Positions 56,863 to 64,000 of a stretch of 64,000 nt of DNA are shown here, one piece after another (within the stretch, counting starts at the first letter, position 1; the number at the start of each line of letters is the position of its first letter). The notes below the pieces were generated by a model. The model worked only from the letters and a program-made list of their open reading frames with translations, searched no databases and was not told the DNA's origin. Made by a program: the position numbers and the translations under genes. The stretch comes from Octopus vulgaris (taxonomy: Eukaryota), in NCBI GenBank assembly GCA_951406725.2, contig OX597839.1:3038001-3102000 (forward strand), written 5' to 3'.

Positions 56863-57140
56863 ACTTACCTATCATATTTTTAGCTGTAGTGTTCGTTATT
56901 ACTATGTGTTTAAATTATTTCGTTTTTGCACTTTTATCGAAATTTTTTCAATTCGTTATAACAATCTCACATCATTACCGATAGAGATGTCAAAACCGAC
57001 CGTATATTCATCCGTATTCTATAAAATATATAATATGACGATTACTTATACCTGTAATGAAATTAAACGCTGTCTCAGAACGTTGGATATTTTTTATATA
57101 GACATATATATGTGTGTGCGTAGGGGTATGTGTGTTTGTG

Positions 57141-57187
<47 letters not shown>

Positions 57188-57384
57188 GTTCATGGTATAT
57201 ATATATATATATAGGTTTAAGAGACAGAATCACCATCAAGCAACTCAATCATCATTGAATGACATTATCCACCAATAGGTACATATAGGACTAAATATTT
57301 AAATTATCAAAATTAAAACCTACAATTCTTATTCCAAATTATCAAAATTAATACCTTCAATTCTTATTTCAAATCATACTCATT

Positions 57385-57480
57385 ACTACGCGCGTTTCAT
57401 GACAACATATTCTTTGATATTGCTGAAATAGAATGTCTCTAAATACCATTTTAAAACGATTATATTGCCAATCTTCAGGT
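57385..57480 (-). ncRNA. Type I hammerhead ribozyme, palindromic stem III ACGCGCGU
   Basis: AC-CUGAAGA-U-UGGCAAUAUA..UAUGUUGUCA-U-GAAAC-GCGC-GUA^GU, with a 10-bp stem II and a short stem I. Confidence 0.75.
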
Positions 57481-57919
57481 CTAGCATATATGAACTTATT
57501 TTACTATTTACATCCTATATACATGACAAACTAAAATTATATAACTAGAAGTTGTTGGAATAATTTTAGTTTAGTAAATAATGAACTTTTATTCCACATT
57601 TCTGAAGAGTAGCCTGCTGTGGATTAGTTTCGATGTTCCACTCGCTGTGAAATTTATGAAGCCCAGATATTTTCTACTCCATTCCTTAACTCTTGTATTT
57701 TATTCGCATACCTGGCAGCCCTGCCTACCTCCCGTGAAATATTAAAATAATTTTCAGCTTACCATACTTTCATAGGGAAATAAATCTACAACCTCCCGCC
57801 TCAATAAACCACTATTATTCCTGAAAGATGTTTCCTCATATTTTGTACGGTTTGCTTGAAGCTAACCTTCTTCCTCCACCTCAATCCTTGGATCTTACAT
57901 TTATATATATATATATATA

Positions 57920-58293
57920 AGCGCAGGAGTGGCTGTGTGGTACGTAGCTTGCGAACCAGCCACATGGTTCCAGGTTCAGTCCCACTGCGTGGCACCTTGG
58001 GCAATGTCTTCTACTATGGCCTCGGGTTGACCAAAGCCTTATGAGTGGATTGGTAGATGGAAACTGAAAGAAGCCCTTCATATATACATATGCGTGTGTA
58101 TATGTTTGTGTGTGCGTCCCCACCAACATGGCTTGACAACCAATGCTGGTGTGTTTAAGTCCCCGTAACTTAGCGTTTCTGCAAACGAGACCGATAGAAT
58201 AAGTACTAGGCTTACAAAGAATAAGTCCTGGGGTGGATTTGCTCGACTAAAGGCGGGACTCCAGCCTGAAACAAGTAAAAGAATAAAAGAATA

Positions 58294-58296
<3 letters not shown>
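57920..58296 (+). mobile_element. SINE family 2, near full-length, in (TA)n
   Basis: Colinear with 33899-34325. Partial copies at about 611-862(-), 6625-6785, 7989-8075, 17400-17610(-), 21520-22075, 22500-22625, 23350-23590(-), 24290-24590, 45935-46060, 56150-56300 and 58800-59000(-). Confidence 0.88.
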
Positions 58297-58348
<52 letters not shown>

Positions 58349-58373
58349 ATATAGAGAGTAGAGAGAGAGAGAG

Positions 58374-58423
<50 letters not shown>

Positions 58424-59083
58424 TCACATGTAAAAGCCTTTTTCACAAATGACAGCATCCATAATTTAGCAGTATTTACATATATTATTCATAATCTAGT
58501 ATAAATGTGCCCGCGCGCATGCACATATACATGCGTACAGCTATAATAATGGTATTTCCTCAAAAGAGGATATCTCCATTTAGAATATCAAAACACAACA
58601 ATTGATCAGAGGATTATTTCAAACCAATGAAAATTCTCTAAATTTAGTTTCGTTTAACATACTGCAACAATAGACCCTCTACAAAGCTCTTATCTAATTT
58701 CCACCCCCGAAATAGGGATGTAAAATTTAGTAGCTGTAATAAAAGCATCAATGATCATCCCAAAATATCTTTTTGCTTCTCTTTAATCTTCTATTTGTTT
58801 CATTTGATTGATGCTACGCTGTGTCACAGCCTTGTACGGTTTTTCGTCGACTGAATCAACCCCTGTACACATTTTTCAAGCCCGACACTCATTTTATCGA
58901 TATCTTTTCCTTCTAAGCGTGGTACTTATACTATCGCTTTCTTTTTGCCGAACAGCTAATTCAAGGAGCCATAGACGAGCCAACACCAGTTGTTAAGCGT
59001 TTTCTCGGAGATTTCTATTACAAACCTATACAAGCGTGTGAAAAGCAGTACAGAAATTTAGAAGAGAGCATCTATAAACTAGT

Positions 59084-59545
59084 TAGTTTTTAAAAATCGA
59101 ATGGCTAGGGGCCTCCACCAGACTGAAATAAATATCAAAGGGGTCCATAGGTAAAAATGGCTGAGTACCGCTGAGATAAACAGACAGGCAGACAAAGTAA
59201 AAAATGGCGGAGTACTAGGTAAAAATGGAGAGGGTGTGTAAGAGTACAACGTCTGTTTTGTATATACCACAAGGATCTAAAATAGTTTTTAAACATCGAA
59301 TGGCTAGGGGACTCCACCAGACTGAAATAAATATCAAAGGGGTCCATAGGTAAAAATGGCTGAGTACTGCTGCGATAAACAGACTGGCAGACAAAGTAAA
59401 AAAGGGCGGAGTACTAGGTAAAAATGGAGAGGGTGTGTAAGGGTATAACATCTGTTTTGTATATACCACAAGGACCTAATCTAGTTTTTAAGCATCGAAT
59501 GGCTAGGGAACTCCACCAGAATACAATAGTAATCAAAAGGGGCTA
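59084..59545 (+). repeat. 199-bp tandem repeat, ~2.3 units
   Basis: TAGTTTTTAA..ATCGAATGGCTAGGG recurs at 59084, 59283 and 59482. Confidence 0.92.
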
Positions 59546-60354
59546 CAGGCAAAAAAATAATTGTTGAGAGCCTCTGTTGTAGATGGTGGTTATGAAATTG
59601 GTGGCTGTGGTTGTGATTGTGACGGAGTTGTTACTGCTGTTGATGGTGGTGGCCACATTTTTGTTATTTTTCTCGGTGATGATTTTGGTATTAATGCTAG
59701 TCGTTAAAACAACTGGTGATTCTTGCCGTATGGTGTCTCTGCCGTGGCTCTTGAAATTGTTGTTGTTCTTGATGATGTTGATGATTATTATGGACGCCAT
59801 GCAGCTGTCATTAATGGTAGTAGAGGAAAACATGTTATTGATTGATATCGGTATTGTTAATGACGGTATTGGTCATAGTAGAGGTGGTTGAAATAGTGGT
59901 AGTTGTAGTGGTGGTAGTAGTAGTGTAGTTGTGCGGGTTGTGATAGTAGCGGTTGTAGTATTAGTTGTAGTAGTGGTCGTTGTACAAGTGGCAGGAGTAG
60001 TGGTTATAGTAGAGATAATAGTGGCAGTGGTTGTAGGAGTAGTGGTGGTTGTAGTGGTGGATATAGTAGTGATAGTCGTAATAATGATGGAGGAAGGGTT
60101 CTTATTTCTACTTGTTGTCGTTGGTCGTAGTCGTGACAAGAATATTATACATTTTATTATTATTATCATTATTATCATTATTATCATCATGTATTTATTT
60201 TTCTATCCTTCTTACTTGAACGATTCCCTGTGTGAATACCTCCACCGGTGTATCACTAATCTAAGTGAATATTGATTTGTCTGGGTTTTTTATTCTGTAA
60301 AGGTAAATCAATGGCGTGATAAGTGTGTGTGCGTATGTGTATATGCATGTGTAC

Positions 60355-60456
<102 letters not shown>

Positions 60457-60888
60457 CATATATATGTATATATATATATATATATATACACATATATATG
60501 TATGTATATATATATATATATACATACATATATATGTATGTATATATATATATATACATATATACATACATACATACACAAATACACACACATATACTTA
60601 TCAAGCCATATATATATATATGTATATATATACATGTATCTATACATACATGTATGCATACACATATATGTATGTATGTATGTATGCATATATCTACAGC
60701 AAAACATTTATTGCTTAAGATATGTATATGTGTGTATGTGCATAAATATATTTATATGTGTGTACGTATAGATATTATACATACATAGATGAGTAGGTTG
60801 GTAAGTTTGATATATAAGGATTTAGGTAGTTGGTACGTAGCTTGATATATTGATAGTTAGGAAGTATTATATGCATGTATGTATGTAC

Positions 60889-60944
<56 letters not shown>

Positions 60945-61035
60945 GTATGTATATATATATATACATACATATATACATATATACACACATATATGTATAA
61001 TATAACATATATATATATAGTATATAATACACCCC

Positions 61036-61110
<75 letters not shown>

Positions 61111-62055
61111 CATTCCTAATGTATTTTTCGAATAAAGGCTTCAAGAGAGCTCTATTATCGTTAGCAAGGCTAGTGCGATAAATATACAAAAGATCAATAA
61201 AGCAATTAGAAAGAATTGAAAATCAATCAGTATGTAGGTATTGTAATATAATACACACGATCATTCTTTTTATTCTGAGCGTAATTATGTTTCTAGGAGA
61301 TAAATGCATGCATGTAAATATATACATACATCTGTTCTGTCATCAGTAGAAAAAGCAAAGAGGCGTTTGTTTGAAATATAATGAACAAGCTTTATATACA
61401 CTCGTGGCTGTTATTGTAAAGTGTATACGTACATGGTAGTTGTCAAGTTGTTGGCCATCGCTGACAAATTACTTTATCCAAAATGTTAAAGACAATGGTT
61501 GTCAGCAGTGCCGTGTCGAAATTTTTAGTCAATAACATTTTGCACAATAGCACTAAAATTCTCACCTACAAAGCCTCGTAGTCACGAAAGAAGCAAAAAC
61601 ATGATCACCAACCAGCTTCTCAATGAGGTGGGTGTTATTTAGGAATGCTCTTCTCCGAGAGAGGCGTCTAGACAGACTAAGCATTTTCCCCGCCTCGGTT
61701 GTTGGAAGTTTATTGACTACTGGGTTCTTCTGTTGGCAGGTTTTGATTTTCGTCCTACAGTGTGTCCAACGAAACCACCCTTCTTACCAAGAAAGCTTGG
61801 TAGGGCTGCCGGTTTAGTCGTTAATGACCTAAACATGCAACAAGTTATACTGTCGTGTGTTTAGACCAAATTTAGGCAAAATGTACAACTCTAGGAAGAA
61901 ACAAATATGGCCCTCTTCAGGAAAGTTCATGTTACCAGTAGCATTAAGTGTGGCATGATAGACATATATACATGCACACATACTTTCATACTTACACATA
62001 CATATATACATCAAAACACACACACACACATATTTAGAGAGCAGAAAATTGACAT

Positions 62056-62138
<83 letters not shown>

Positions 62139-62224
62139 TATATAATATTTACATATATATATATGTGTGTGTGTGTAATATTAATAGATTGAAACATTTA
62201 TTGCCAGAAAAATAATTTTGAATA

Positions 62225-62263
<39 letters not shown>

Positions 62264-62646
62264 CATACATTCATAGAGACACAGACGCACGCGCGCGCAC
62301 ACACACACACAGACACACACATAACGAGACGGTGTTTGACCCAGATATCTCGTATTTCGGCAAGGTCAAATCACCACATCCCAGCAAATGCAGTTCATTT
62401 GGTTTGGCTTCCCAAAAAAAATCGAACCTGTTTTCCATTAGACTGCTGAATCAAGAGTCAGACATATGATCCTTTTACATCGTATAGTCAATATACACTC
62501 AATATCACTTCATAATACAGATCTTATTTTAGCTGTTATTGATCCCTTTCGATAGGGCGATGCGAAAGGTGGAGGGTTAATAGACAGGAAGTGTTTGTTT
62601 AGCTTCGTCTGAGACACCACCCATTTGGAATTTCTGTTTCCCTCCA

Positions 62647-62710
<64 letters not shown>

Positions 62711-62725
62711 ATATATATATATATA

Positions 62726-62758
<33 letters not shown>

Positions 62759-63069
62759 AATCTATATTTTTAAAATGTTCATGTAGGAACATTTAATGTG
62801 CTATTTCTAGCGTGGTGGTATCTCTTAGATACCCTTATAATTTTAATAATTAATTATTACCTTTGAGGTTTTTATTCCCATGCTAGCCACCTGATAACAT
62901 CGGTATTTTGAATAAGGATCTTATCCTTATTTATATAAATTTATACATATATATATATATATATATATATATGTAAATATATATATATGTATATATATAT
63001 ATATATGTATATATATGTGTGTATATATATATATATGTATACATATGTATACATACATGCATACATACA

Positions 63070-63103
<34 letters not shown>

Positions 63104-63390
63104 CATACATGCATACGTACATACATACATACATACATACAAACATACATACATACATACATACATACATACATACACATCTTGTGCCAGCAGATTTTTT
63201 ATGAACTTCAGATTTTTTTAAAATGTGTATCATATTGTTTAATCGATCTACGGCAATAACAATTTATTACTGCTGCTGCTGTTGCTGCTGCAACTGCTAC
63301 TATTGCTGCTGCAACTGCTACTGCTGCAAATGCTGTTGCTACTACTACTACTACTACTACTACTATTACTACTACCATCATCACAATCAT

Positions 63391-64000
63391 CGTACGTCCG
63401 TTTCTACCTCCTGCAGTTCAAGTCCTTATGGACATTGGTACATGTATCTAGCAGAGACCTAGAGTAGGGGACTGGCAATTGGAGTGCCGTGAGGCACTTC
63501 AACTACTCTCTCGGACGGGCAATGCCGGCAACAAGAGTTCCACTGCGGATTTCTATAGCAGGATAGTGGGATCGAAGTCCGAAGACGCCTTGGGAGAGAC
63601 CCTGAGCTACGATGATAGTCAGTTGATCAACCTGTTCAGAAGAACGTTCGGGTCGGGGTACCTGGATAATTATCAGAAATCCTTGGCTTGGCAGTGCTTC
63701 CGTGCGTGGTTACCAGTTTGTGATAAACTACCAAGGCACGGAAGTGCTGTCTCACCGACTTGTCCAAGGTGCGAGCAGGATAGGGAAACCGTCTTGCACG
63801 CATTCGTGGAATGTCCTGAATTTTTGGGACTGATAGTTTTTACAGAACAACTGATGTCATCGATGGGAAGAGTACAGCTATCAGCTGAGTTCATCATCGA
63901 GATTGTGCTGTCTCCTTCCCTTAGCGGGGAGAGGAAGGCCTGTTTTTTCTGCGTGGTGGCCAAATTGAAAGAAACAATATGGAAGACGCAGTTGAAATGG
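63391..64000 (+). mobile_element. L1/Tx1-clade LINE ORF2 C-terminal fragment with CCHC zinc finger, running off the window
   Basis: Frame from 63452 is open to 64000: ..YQKSLAWQCFRAWLPVCDKL..CPRCEQDRETVLHAFVECP..KETIWK. Not in the ORF track because no stop falls in the window. Confidence 0.85.

Noticed and set aside
61620-61830. GC-richer segment resembling an RTE-type LINE 5' region on the minus strand
   Set aside because: No coding motif or second copy in the window supports it.

Overview
AT-rich, microsatellite-saturated animal DNA with no recognisable host gene exon. The SINE families and the (TA)/(CA)/(TACA)/(TAA) density look like octopus/cephalopod intergenic or intronic sequence (inference from pattern recognition, not a search). 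Almost every ORF in the track is translated microsatellite. The real content is transposable elements: one young 5'-truncated CR1/L2-group LINE with an uninterrupted 920-codon APE+RT frame (29928-32690), fossils of R4/Dong, L1/Tx1, Penelope GIY-YIG and several Tc1/mariner elements, three tRNA-derived SINE families, non-autonomous Helitrons and a MITE with an 8-bp TSD. The main hidden signal is a dispersed set of type I hammerhead ribozyme motifs: seven well-formed and about eight degenerate or partial. They belong to unrelated short repeat families, mostly embedded in (TA)n tracts and often in fold-back arrangements. They include two with long extended stem I and one whose C3-G8 core pair is swapped to G3-C8. 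All folding and alignment was done by eye and no activity is demonstrated.
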